This document shows, one piece after another, positions 52,607 through 64,000 of a stretch of 64,000 bases of DNA. The stretch's first letter is position 1. Each line of letters begins with the position of its first letter. The DNA is taken from contig NC_134025.1 in assembly GCF_964204645.1 (NCBI RefSeq), forward strand, positions 19,877,101 through 19,941,100. The letters run 5' to 3'. Source of the DNA: Tubulanus polymorphus. Taxonomy: Eukaryota; Animalia; Nemertea. The notes below the pieces were generated by a model that saw only the letters and a program-made list of their open reading frames with translations, did not search any database and had not been told where the DNA came from. The position numbers and the translations under genes are program-made.

Positions 52607-53799
52607 CACAGGCAGGGGCGGATCCAGACCGTATTAGCCGTATTGCCCAATACGGTCTAGAATTTTTAAGTGCCCTTCGAAATTTCACCGGCAATATTTT
52701 TGACAGCATTATTTCAGCAACCGCTAATTCCGTGTCCGTAATCCGGGCATAATTATAAAATTAATCGGTATGTACTGCTGCCGAGAAAGTGAGGAGAGAT
52801 AATCATATTTGTAAAGCCTTTAATCATGATAAATTAAAAAGGGCACTTTCCTTTTGCAAGGGGCACTCATGCTTTAGATGAGGGCACCTTGTCCTTGCCT
52901 TTTCAGGGAGGGCTAAAGGGGCACTCGTACTTTAGAAGAGGGCACTATACGCCGAAAATGTTGAAGAAAAGGGCACTTTTTTGCCTAATTTTTAAAATTT
53001 AGGGGCACTTTTGGTTTGGAAGATGGCACAAGACATAAGGATAAATGTGAAGACGAGGCAATTTTTGGCCCAGACCCCCTCTAAGGACTTTGCGCCTACG
53101 GCGCTCGCATTGACCTGGATACTGGGTGTGCCCTAAGATCAGAAAGGTGCCCTTAAATTTCCTACCATTAATTATTGTCTACCCATCCCCCTGGATCCGC
53201 CCCTGACAGGGGCTTGTAAACTGGCTTGGATTTTACTTCCGGGTTGTTGATAATCTCGCGAGAATGGCACTAAATTTAAACTGCAAATAAATTCGAAATA
53301 TCACAGAAACCTCTTGTTGATGTTGTTTATTTATCCACTATAGAGTTCCGATAAACAATTGGCTGTTAAGGATCAGTAATAGTATCAGCGGGCGCGACAC
53401 CTTACTATATTAGAATAACAAGGGATGAAACGGCTTCGCTTTTGCCTGTGACCGTATTGATGCGGCGGAAACCACTGCGCATGCGTGGCAACTTGCCGAA
53501 AGGTTAAGATCAGTTCAAGTTCAATTGATTTTTCTCAAAAACCTCTGTCAAGCCAAGGCAATCACACTTCTAAGGAAAGTATCAATTTTTGAATTGATGT
53601 AGAAAAACTATAATGTGTAGTTTGATTGACAGCTCACTAGTGCTCGGAAAGTTGCCGCGCAATAGTGGATAAATAAACAACATCAACAAGAGGTATTTCT
53701 GTGATATTTTGAATTTATTTGCATTTTAAATTTAGCGCCATTCTCACGAGATTATCAACACCCGGAAGTAAAATCCAAGCCAGTTTACAAGCCCCTGTG
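52607..53799. mobile_element. CACAGGGG-terminus foldback MITE (interrupted)
   Basis: ~135-bp inverted arms (53206-53340 vs ~53665-53799); 7-bp TSD GTCTACC. Confidence 0.85.
52613..53205. mobile_element. Non-autonomous hAT5-like MITE
   Basis: TIR CAGGGGCGGATCCAG / CTGGATCCGCCCCTG; 5-bp TSD ACAGG; many (A)GGGCAC motifs; inserted in the terminus of a CACAGGGG element. Confidence 0.88.
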
Positions 53800-53924
53800 G
53801 TCTACCTGTCTACCTTGTTAATATGAAATTCGGTTCGAATCCCACAATTTACGGAATCAACAAATATAAATATATTTGGTTCAAATCCCAGAATGTACGG
53901 AATATAAAACACACATTGCATGTG

Positions 53925-55086
53925 CAGAGTTGCCACTTCTCCGGATTTCTCCGGAATTCCGGATTTTAAAAAAATCCAATTTCATTTCCGGATTTTCGGG
54001 AGAAGTCAAATAACCACAAAAGAAAACATCGCGAAAAAAATAAAATCAATTCGGGATTCGACCCTAAACATCAAAACGTAACGGCTCCGTAGAGGGTTCG
54101 AAAAAGCCGTAGTACAACCCTGCAGTACACGATTAAACCAAGATGACGCGACGATCGAAATCGACTGACGCTTCGTTTGTTTTTGGCTCTGGTTTATATA
54201 TGAGGTGTATTTGACGGAACCAATCGCTATTTGAAAAAATGATCTATACACATTGTTGTTATTGACATATCTTGGAGTGAGTGAGTGTATAACCTTTGAG
54301 AAAATGCTTACTGAAAGTTTGAAGCGACAGATTTTCATTGGATTGACAGACGTGAAAATTGATACACACTTCCGGTAAGGGAGCGTTCACAAATTACGTA
54401 CCTCAAAATCTTCCGTTTTTCTGACCCCCCCTCCCCCTTGTACCGCCTTTGTACCAAATTCACTGACCCCACTCTTAGGTACGTACCATCGCACCCATGA
54501 CCAGCCCCCCCCCCCCCAATTATATTGATGCAAAGAACACAAATCAAAAAAATATAAATACCTGATTTCATTAATGATGTACCAACAAGTGCGTGAAAGA
54601 TCGGTACCCGGTATTGGGGAAATCCCAGTTGAAGTCTACTACAAGTGGTACCTCGACATTTTGTTTAGAACAAAATTCCGATATTAAATAAATGACGCAA
54701 CAAAAGAATTAAGCAAGTATTGTTGTTTATTGATTTATATACCCGGTACTAAAAGCCGATAAAACACCAACGGCTATTTTCATTTGAGTTTGGTACATAA
54801 AGTACGTACCAAGATTTATTTATACCCCCCTCCCTCAAAGTACGTACCTTTTTTGCTGATCCCCCTCCCCCCATGTACCATTTTCTACCAAAATTCAGTA
54901 ACCCCCCTCCCCCCCAATGGAGGTACGTAATTTATGAACACTCCCTAATGAAAGTGATGCCTATAACGCGTATTGCGCCAGAACGCATCTCCTGGCGTTC
55001 TAATTTCAAAAATTTTTCTGGGGGAGGGCCGCCAGACTCCCCGACTTTTTTTCTGGATTTTTAGCTTCACATAAGTGGCAACTCTG
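53925..55086. mobile_element. hAT-like MITE with 6-bp TSD
   Basis: TIR CAGAGTTGCCACTT / AAGTGGCAACTCTG; TSD CATGTG; CCGGA subterminal repeats. Confidence 0.8.
54379..54945. mobile_element. PIF/Harbinger-type MITE nested in the 53925 element
   Basis: TIR GGGAGCGTTCACAAATTACGTACC / GGTACGTAATTTATGAACACTCCC; TSD TAA. Confidence 0.85.
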
Positions 55087-57709
55087 CATGTGCTACTACC
55101 GTATAGTCACAATACTTGTTCATTGTTAATAATGAAACAAATATATTTCGGGTTCGAATCCCACAATTTAGGGAATTAACAAATATAAATATAGGCTATT
55201 GGTCCCGAGATCCCATTTCAAATAATGGGACCTGGGTAAGGGTTAGGGTAATGTACTCGAGGTACCAGAGGCCATCCGACTGGTACTAAAAGCAATCATG
55301 GGCACCACAGGCCAACACTCAAAGGTACCAAAGGCCACAATGTTAGCCTCTAGTACCATTATGAGGCCTCTAGTACCAAGTTTAAAACGTGATTATTAAG
55401 ATTATTATTAATGATGTTGCAAGTGTTATTAGGCACTTTTATGGGGCAAGTCTTCCTCTATCCATTCCAAGTATCAAAACTTGTTGAGTCCTTGAAACAG
55501 CCACATTGCAAGCCCAAAGTCTTGGCCTAGGTCCCAAAATCGACTAACCCGCCCCTAGTGACCCCCTTATCCGGGGCTAAGTGCCCAGAACCCTTGAGAG
55601 GTCGTTTTCATCTCAGGGGAATGTATTGAGATGGTCAAAACTGTGGTAGACTTAGTTTAAGGATAACCGATTTTAGCGAAATTGAAGAGTCAAGAATCCG
55701 TGAAATGTCCAGACCTCTTTGGAACCATTTTCAGTCGGTCCGCCCGACCCTTAACAGTACATCTTGAGCTCTGAAAATCCTTGGGTTTATAGAAGGGGCC
55801 TAATAGATTCGAGATTGAACTATTGAAACCCTATACACGGTGTTCCAGTGGATGGCAGCGCCCTCTGTGCAAATCGAAAAAATGAGTGTGAAATATACGA
55901 AAAAATTCAGAAGTCGTGATTTAAAAACAGTAGTTTATTATAATGTCAAAAAATGTACTACATCATAGAAAAAAGGGCCCTAGACCCTTGGTCGCGGAGG
56001 CTAGCGAGAATAATTACCGCGGGACCATACCAGGGGTCTCAGGCCACCGGGAGACCACTTTTCGGGGGGTCGGAGGACCCTTTAGAGAGGGCCTAGGGCT
56101 CTGAAACTTTTTGGTTATTTAGAAGCGGCATTATAGTACGTGTAAAGCCATTAAAACCCTGCGCGTGGGCCTCCGGTGGGTCTGGGCGGGCCCTGCACTT
56201 TTTACACATTTTTGAACTTTTTGAGGGAAATTTTGAAGACGCTTTGATCAATTACCTTGATCTTTCGGATGTATGAGAATCCCCCCAGGGCCCATCAGCA
56301 TAACAAAAATTGGGTCAATCGGACTCAAGGTCCTATGACCTTTTTTATGCCCAAAAATGTCAATTTTGGCCAGAATTCTGAGTCCTGTAGCTCCCTACTG
56401 GTTTGCCATTTCTCATTGCAATTTGTGATGGGTATTTTTTGAAAAGGGATGTTTTATACCTGAGACAGGTATTTTTGATCAGCCAATTATGACGCAATTG
56501 GCGGCCATCTTGGTGTCATCAGTACTCATTCGTAGGTGGGAAAAAGTTTTTCCACATTATATTGATACCTAAGTGTATTTTGTTACCACAATCCATTAGA
56601 AACTTGTAGCTCATAACATTTTCTATGATTGTGGTGAGTTTCAAGGTCATTGGTTTTTGTATATAGCAACCAGGGGCGTTGAATAATACAATATCTTAGT
56701 ATTTCTATATTATATTCAATGCATATTTTGTAACCACAATCAATTGCAAAGTTGTAGCTCATGACATCATCTATGATTGTGGCAAGTTTTAAGGCCATTA
56801 GTTATTCTATATGGTCACCAGGGGGCGTTGAATAGTAGAATAACTTAATATTTCCTTATTATATTGGTACCTAGGCATATTTTGTTACCATGATCAATTA
56901 CAAAGTTATATTTCGTGATATGTTCTATGATTGTGGTGAGTTTCAAGGTCATTGGGTTTTCAATATGGTCACCAGGGGGCGTTGAATAGTAGAATAACTT
57001 AGTATTTCCATATTAGATTGGTAACAAAGCATATTTTGTTATCATGATCAATTACAAAATCGTAGCTGCTGACATGTTCTATGATTGTGGTGAGTTTCAA
57101 GGTCATTGGTTTTTGTATATGGTCACCAGGGCAGGGGCGGATACAGGATTTCTGAAAGGGCTGGGTTCACCAATCTTCTGAAGGGCACTGTTCCAAAAAA
57201 GGGCACAAAGACGAGGCTTGAGTCTTGATGTCCTTTTGATAAATTGTTGCAGTTTAAGTCGTTTTTTCAGCTATTACAGTCAAATAGAATCAAACAAAGC
57301 CACGATACATTGAACTAAATCGATTTCTATATCGATGACTATAAAATCAAAATGATGCCACGTAATGTAAAAAAAACACTTGAATGAATTCAGTACAGAT
57401 GGATTCTGTATTTTTCCTAGATTATTCAAAAACAAATTCTCAACAAGATAACGCAAATGCTTTTACATAAGACTAACACACTCAACAGATTTTCCTTGCG
57501 TGAATGTCATCAGAAGGATGGATGGAATAAGTAAATATGTGATTGCACATACTCTTGAATTTTTCCAAGCTGTCAAACATAAATTTATCAATGTAATTTT
57601 AATTAGCCAGGCTTTGAACTATTCCAGACAATAGACATCAATGGTAAGGAGGACACAAATAATTTGCTGCAAGCTTTTTTGGAAGTTACGATACAGCTTT
57701 AAAACTATT

Positions 57710-58040
57710 ATTTGTGAATAATACTGATTAGGCAGTTAAGATATTACAATTACTTCTGAATACATGTAATGCTGATTCAACACATAGGTAGTTAAGATAA
57801 AATAATTTCTGAATACATGTAATACTGATTCAACATATAGGTAGTTAAGATAAAATAATTTCTGAATACGTGTAATACTGATTCAACACATAGGTAGTTA
57901 AGATAAAAAAATTTCTGAATACATGTAATACTGATTCGGCACATAGGTAGTTAAGATAAAATAATTTCTGAATACATGTAATACTGATTCAAATCATAGA
58001 AGATATAATTATTCCTCAATACATGAAATACTGATTTGCA
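57710..58040. repeat. 53-bp minisatellite inside the hAT element, about 6 copies
   Basis: TCTGAATAC recurs at 57755, 57808, 57861, 57914 and 57967. Confidence 0.92.
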
Positions 58041-58088
58041 AATAAATAATGACTTCTAATTGGTATAAATGAGATACACAATGAATAA

Positions 58089-61000
58089 CTACTCAAAAAT
58101 TGCACTCGATGAAAACAGACGATGTCTATTTAATGTTGCATATTCTTTGACAATTTCAGTCGATTTCCATTTCGTGATGAATATTCAGCAGGGCTAAATT
58201 TGCCAGTCTGTTATCCGTCATGGTAGAACGAAGATAGGTTTTAGTGCGACGAAGGCAAGAAAACGAACGTTCAGCACTAGCACTCCCCACAGGTAATGTA
58301 CAACCGATTACAATTAGCCTGTGTATTCCAGGAAACTCTCATTCATCGGTACATTTTAAAATCTCGTACAGATTACTCGGCTTTTCGATGGATGGATCCA
58401 ACCACTTAGATTTCCACTGATGTAACTCGCTAAGTAATGAATTTGGAAATGTTAAGTCATCTTTCCAGAAAAGTAAACGTTCGCAAACACTTCTTAATCA
58501 AGTTCAACAATCACAGCAGGCACTAATGAAAACACTTCACTGCATGCACGTGTATCATTTGAAAATCTGTTCTTCATTTCATTGCTAACATGATCTATAA
58601 AAGGTATCATGATATTTATCTTGTAGTGCTCCTTCGGTGTTTGAGCCGGGGCATTAGAACGGTGTATTTGCTTCCTGACTGTACGCCTGACAGTTACTTC
58701 AGTGCCAACTTCTTCCGCTAATCGCACTGCTTCCTGATATACTAAATCAAATGACGAGTCGATTTCAACCCTCATTTTCTCGATGACACTAATCTTTGAA
58801 TCAATGAGACTATACGCAGCATAGATGTCAAGATCACTTTCTTGAATTTTTGAAGTCACAGACTGGAGATTAGACAGTACAATCTTCACAACAACAAAAG
58901 CAACAATAAATGGAAATGATCTTAAAGTGCTGAGAAGCCCTTGGGCTTTAACTCTGGTATCATTATCCCAGTTCCAGTTACCACTGTCTGCATATATATC
59001 CCGGTATTCATCAGGATGCAATATGCCCTCGAGACATTCGCATAATACTTTGAACATTTCACAGAAAACAGAAAAACAATTGTGACGTTCAACCCAACAC
59101 GTTTTGCACAATCCTGGTAATTTTGATTTCGCAAAATGTTCTCTTGCAAGATATCTTTCAAAAAAGCGTTGTCGTTTTGGAGAATTGTGCAGGAAGAGAA
59201 AACTTTCATTGATGGTTCCAATCATATTTCTAATATCTGATAATCTACAAGCTGCAGCTATTGCAAGATTTAACACATGGCTCCTACAGTGGGTAAATAG
59301 AGCTTTTGGTGCGACATTACGAATACGCCCTTGGACTCCAACAGCAGCGGAAGACATACAACTGGTGCCATCGTAGGCCTGACCGCGAGACTTGTTGACG
59401 TCAACACCATATTTTCTCAATGACGATAGAATTCCATTCGCAATACTGTCACCGGTTGTCCTTTCTAGATTGACAAAGTAAAAAAAAACTTCCTTGATTA
59501 CATCATTGTCTAAAAATCGTAGACAAACTGAAAGAACTTCTTGGTTGGCATACGTATCGGTTACCTCGTCAGCTATAATAGCAAACAAAGCATCAAGATG
59601 TTGCAGACATTTGGTTAATTTTTCTCGAATTTTAAGTCCAATGATATTAAGAATATCATTCTGTACAGTCTTTGAAGTATATTTTGCATTTCTTTTACCA
59701 GTTTCAAGATGTTCACTGAAGACTTTGTCGTGTTTGCCAAGTAGATCAAGAATGGCCAAGAAGTTTCCGCGATTAGAAGTAATAGACGTATGATCATCTC
59801 GATGACCTCGGAGCGGGATATTCTGCTTTCCACAGAAGATGACCGCTTCCACAACATTCCGTAGAATATGAATGTTTTTTTCGAAAATCTCTTTTGACTT
59901 TTCACTCATACAATAATCGACCGTTGATTCTGGTCTTTTCACAGAATCGTTCAAAAGAATAGCGTCCGACATAGCATTTTTATGAAAATCGGTTTTTTCG
60001 TGTTTATCTAAGATTCCGTCAGAGCCTTTCGCGCCGCCATAGTTTTTGAAAGCACAGGAAACTAACTGTCCAGTTTTAACGCGTCGATCTTTAGGAGGAA
60101 ACATAACGCAATACTTGCAGAGACCGCCCTGCAATGCTGGCGAATAGACTAACCATGGATAATCAGAAAGCCAACTTCTCTGGAATCTCAATGTAATATA
60201 TCGTTGTTTCGACGGCTTGTAGATCAATTGATGTTCAAATTCGTAGTTGTTTCCCAGTATGAAATGATTGTCCAAATAAGCAGCTTTCTCTACGTTATCC
60301 ATTTTTTGTAGTACTTCAAATCTTTCTACAAGGGTTCCAACATCTTTGGCACCTTCATCTAAAAAGGAAATTATTGGTATTTAGTAGTATTTAATCATAT
60401 GTTTAATAATGGTTGCATGCGTTACTTTTTAGATTTGCATAGAATAGCTGATGTCATGCTATGACAAATATTTCGAATGTTAAGGTAAATTATACCTATC
60501 ATATCGCCGATTGAGTTGTTGTTCTCATCACCCTCCATTTCTTCATTGATGACATCATGTCTCTGACGATTCATCGTGGTCTAAAAAGTTGTCAGATTCA
60601 ACAACCACTGCTGCACCAGATCTACAGAATATAAAAATATTATAATACTTGTGTACCCCTGTCAGCATGCTTATCAAATTGAAACTGCCCTTTTTGTATC
60701 AATGCAAATATCACAGGAAGGTTTATGTGCCGATGAGCATATTTACCCTATTCGAGGTGCATGTTCCTCCCATGCTGCATCAATAAGTTCTACAGGTTCC
60801 GCATCGGGATGTACAATAACAGGTTCGACAGCCGTCACACCAGATCTACATAAAGAAATTTATAATAGGCTCTTATGCAATATCGTAATACCACATTTTC
60901 ACACGTCTACCACATTTTCAGTGCCCTTTTATAGATTCGAAAACATGGGTGAAAACTATGTGCCCCTATATCAGTATATATGGTGCAGGGCCCTTTTCTG

Positions 61001-61371
61001 AAATTTGGATCCGCAGGAAAAATTAGGTGCCCTCATCAAAATAAAGAACATTCACCCGTTCGGAATGAGAATGAACTATGTTATGAAAATAATGTGCCCC
61101 TGATAAAATTCTCATCGGAATCATAATCCATTCTAGTGCCGCCAAATACATCAGTTATGATGGGTGGACGAAGTTCTTACAGACTAGGCCTACTAGTAAC
61201 TAGTAGTAATATGGCCTTCGTTCGACGAACGAATTCTGTCGTGTTTTAACGTCAAAATTTCCATCTGGTCGCTATCTTTATCTGAACGAATCTGTAATTT
61301 TTGCTGTCTTCGACGCCGCCGCAACATTTTCCTGCTTTTTTCGTTTTTTCGATATCTTTCTTTTGCGGCAT
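58089..61371 (-). pseudogene. hAT transposase (P52rIPK/ZMYM1-like) pseudogene
   Basis: ORF 58494..60302 has a TTF-type Zn finger, LRGH, IIADEVTD, GQAYDG and HCRSHVLNL. After a frameshift near 58495 it continues with a premature TGA and the hAT dimerisation motif TLPVGSASAERSFSCLRRTKTYLRSTM, with another frameshift near 58160. Small upstream exons are inferred (acceptor at 60358). Confidence 0.9.
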
Positions 61372-62134
61372 ATTCAGAGAAAGTTAATAGAAAAATTTCT
61401 TATAACTTCAGCTAGCGAAAGGTCGCCATGTTGTGTACCGAAACGCGGCCCCAGACATAGACACCGGACAACGCGAGGCGCAAACAGCCGGCGCGGGAGC
61501 ACCGGATTTTTCAGCAGCGTGTTTTTTAAAAAGGGCACTTGTCCAAAAAGGGGTGGGTTCAAACCCAAGGAACCCACCCCCTGTATCCGCGCCTGCAGGG
61601 GCGTTGAATATTAGTTAGATTGTTGAGTATTTGGAATCACTTCCCAAGTGGGCATGGTGTCCCTGGACCCCTAGTTTGGTTTTGGTTAATAGGGGAGTTG
61701 AATATTGGTACCTATGGATATTCTGTAACCTCAAGCAAATACACAGTTGTAGCTCATGGCATGTTCTATAATTGTGGTGAGTTTCAAGGTCATTGGTTTC
61801 TGTATATGTTCACCAGGGTGCGTTGAATATTGAAATTTTCTCATCGGTGACCTTTTCAAACCACTTCCCAAGTGGGCGTGGTGTCCCTGAACCCCAGTTT
61901 TTAATTTATTGCGATATTTTTTGTAGCATTTCAAATAATACTGTGTTTTGTAAGCAGGTTGAATGAAAGGTATAATCATTTGCTTGGGATCTGTTCGAAA
62001 TACACAAGGATTCAAATTGTACAGGTTCAAGATATGCTGTCAACAATTGATTGGATGATATGCCTACAGAATTACTTAAAATTTTCTATTTCATTTCCAT
62101 TTTAGAACTAGACGTTTCATTAGCTGCTTAAACA

Positions 62135-64000
62135 ATGCCAGTGTCAACAGCTGAGTCATCATTTTTGGAAATCCGACAGCGATACTGTGAAGCCACTCAG
62201 AATGGAAAGTTATCTTACACACATTATGCTAAAGGTTTGATCATTGGTGATGTAGGTGTCGGAAAATCTTGCGTGAAAAATACACTTATTGGTAAACCGA
62301 ATGTTGAAAATGAAGAAACGCATACATTTGGAGTAAAGCAGGATACAATTGAGACGTATTCCTCATCAAAAGTCTTTCACAAAGTTGAAGAATCTGAGCG
62401 TGAATTTTCTAAAGCTGCCGTATTTTTAGCTTTGTACAGTAAAGACTTCATTTTGGCAAAAGTCAATTCGGTAACGTCGGAACATTTGAAGAAAGGTTGT
62501 CAACTTATGGTATCATTCTTGTGTTTGTTAATGTGTGTTTGTATACATTGTGGAAGTACACTTAATTTCAGTTTTCTTTATGTATTCAGTATCATTGGAG
62601 CGTTGTCCATGAATTATATTTTAGATGTACCCTACAATTTGTACAGGTATGGTCAACATCTCTCTATTGTTTGCGTTGTTATGAAAGTCATTTGTGCAGA
62701 AGATTCAGTTTGGAGTCACAGTAATATTGCTACCAATTACAGTAGCGCAAAACTAGGTCTCTTAATTGTAGTAGTTGGAATTGTCATCAGTAGTTTGGTT
62801 ATCGGTATTAGTCACAAGTTCTCCTTCACATCAGGGATATGTTGCTATTTTATGGCAACAGGAGAATCAGGAATCTCAGTCAGCATATTCAATGATTATA
62901 ATACTATTGCTAAACTTATTATATGTATCGTGATACATTTTTTGATAGATTATTACGCGACATATTTTAGGCAATATTTCAAAAGCATTGAGGCCAGACA
63001 TGGCATCATACCGTGTTTATTATTTGCCATTTTCTACAAGTCAATGCCGGTGTTCGTAACGTGTGCCAGCTTCTCCATATTATTTTCATTAGGGATGAAA
63101 TTGAGTGAATATTTGTGTGATAGACAAAAATATATTGTTAAACGAGATATTGGACATACTATCCAATATGTAATTGGTGTTGAAATTGGGATTATTCTCA
63201 GTCAGTATCTTGATTGGCAACTGCATTTTTCGGTATTTCACACATTGCTTTCCTTGGCAATTTACATTTTTGTTGAATTATTTTTTTGCTATCAAAATCA
63301 ATTTGATGCCTACCCTGCAGATGTAGTAGAGCACCTACAAGAATGTGGCTACCAGTCATGGCCTGTTAAGGTGTGCTTGTTGGATTTTGCTGGTAGCGAG
63401 TTATTTCGGGATGCCAATCATTTGTTCATGGGAGAAAGTGCAATATATATGATTGTTTTATCTCTCCATGAAGCTATACTACAGCCGGAATACCAACTAA
63501 ATAGGGTAATTTACTGGTTGAATGTTGTTTTTGCCCACACTCATTACAGAAATGCTAAAGTCATTCTCATCGGTACGAACAAAAGTAGATGTATGAATGA
63601 TGAAATCAAAGGATTTGGTCTATATCTGAAGGATAATTTGAAAAAGAACTTCAAAGATTGTTTAGCTTTAAATAAAAACAGAAATTTTGTTCCATTGTTC
63701 GCGATTGATAATATGGAATCAATGGATACCGTTGGTTCTGACTTAGATGAACTTCATAATGCCATATGGAAGTATGCTAACGATAGAGAGTTTACACACC
63801 AAAATGTTCCTGTTCAGTGGGTCAAATTTAATGATTTGATCATTCACAAACGTAATTTGCGCAGAACTGGTGAAAGTGAGCATTTAGATTGCTGTATTAC
63901 CGATGTGAATGTGCTTTATCAAGAGGTTAAAGAATTATGTATTGTAAATGATGAGCCAGAATTTTATAAACTGTTAGAATTTTACATTAGTTGTGGTGAA
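62135..64000 (+). CDS. Roc-COR (Roco) GTPase with a multi-pass transmembrane insert inside the Roc domain (3' partial)
   Basis: 622 codons with no stop (manual translation). G1 GDVGVGKS at 62246, G2 HTFGV at ~62321, G3 LLDFAG at ~63383, HLFM..AIYMIV, YWL, G4 GTNK at 63572, G5 FAIDN, COR start VPVQW and LLEFYISCGE. In-frame TAA at 62129 and a splice acceptor ending at 62105 support the ATG as start. Confidence 0.88.
   Translation, partial: MPVSTAESSFLEIRQRYCEATQNGKLSYTHYAKGLIIGDVGVGKSCVKNTLIGKPNVENEETHTFGVKQDTIETYSSSKVFHKVEESEREFSKAAVFLALYSKDFILAKVNSVTSEHLKKGCQLMVSFLCLLMCVCIHCGSTLNFSFLYVFSIIGALSMNYILDVPYNLYRYGQHLSIVCVVMKVICAEDSVWSHSNIATNYSSAKLGLLIVVVGIVISSLVIGISHKFSFTSGICCYFMATGESGISVSIFNDYNTIAKLIICIVIHFLIDYYATYFRQYFKSIEARHGIIPCLLFAIFYKSMPVFVTCASFSILFSLGMKLSEYLCDRQKYIVKRDIGHTIQYVIGVEIGIILSQYLDWQLHFSVFHTLLSLAIYIFVELFFCYQNQFDAYPADVVEHLQECGYQSWPVKVCLLDFAGSELFRDANHLFMGESAIYMIVLSLHEAILQPEYQLNRVIYWLNVVFAHTHYRNAKVILIGTNKSRCMNDEIKGFGLYLKDNLKKNFKDCLALNKNRNFVPLFAIDNMESMDTVGSDLDELHNAIWKYANDREFTHQNVPVQWVKFNDLIIHKRNLRRTGESEHLDCCITDVNVLYQEVKELCIVNDEPEFYKLLEFYISCGE

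Larger units (their letters stand above)
57132..61595 (-). mobile_element. hAT DNA transposon with 5-bp TSD (hAT5-like), decayed
   Basis: TIRs CAGGGGCGGATACAGG / CCTGTATCCGCGCCTG; TSD CAGGG (57127-31, 61596-600); AAGGGCAC subterminal motifs; internal transposase. Confidence 0.88.
56200..61900 (-). repeat. Inverted copy of the 36290-38130 repeat family, interrupted by the hAT
   Basis: 56520-56560 is the reverse complement of ~37622-37662; GGTCACCAGG recurs at 154-bp spacing (56813, 56967, 57121). Confidence 0.8.

Noticed and set aside
58922-59905. Overlapping ORFs within the transposase
   Set aside because: Shadow and antisense frames of the hAT coding sequence.
347-62030. Most remaining 60-130-aa ORFs in the track
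   Set aside because: Many have non-ATG starts, lie in repeats or introns, and show no recognisable motifs; expected by chance.

Overview
AT-rich animal (invertebrate-type) genomic DNA. The left half holds a multi-exon minus-strand gene for a Rab27-effector of the synaptotagmin-like (Slp4/5-like) type, with seven phase-compatible exons from ATG 34230 to 4959 and continuing off the left edge. The right edge holds a plus-strand ORF missing from the ORF track (62135 to beyond 64000, at least 622 aa, no stop). It encodes a Roc-COR (Roco) GTPase whose G-domain is split between G2 and G3 by a ~260-aa multi-pass transmembrane insert, the most unusual item in the window. An intron of the Slp gene contains a 5.3-kb Polinton/Maverick-derived foldback element (6-bp TSD, AGT..ACT ends, ~2-kb inverted arms, ~190-bp terminal hairpins, pPolB remnant, small virus-like Zn-finger/TM ORFs). 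The rest is a dense transposon landscape: a decayed hAT with a 5-bp TSD plus a related MITE, a 6-bp-TSD hAT-like MITE, CACAGGGG foldback elements, piggyBac/Harbinger MITEs, a tRNA-SINE, a Helentron-type element, a Penelope-type fragment with a hammerhead ribozyme, and several minisatellites. All calls come from manual reading and translation; no database searches were run.
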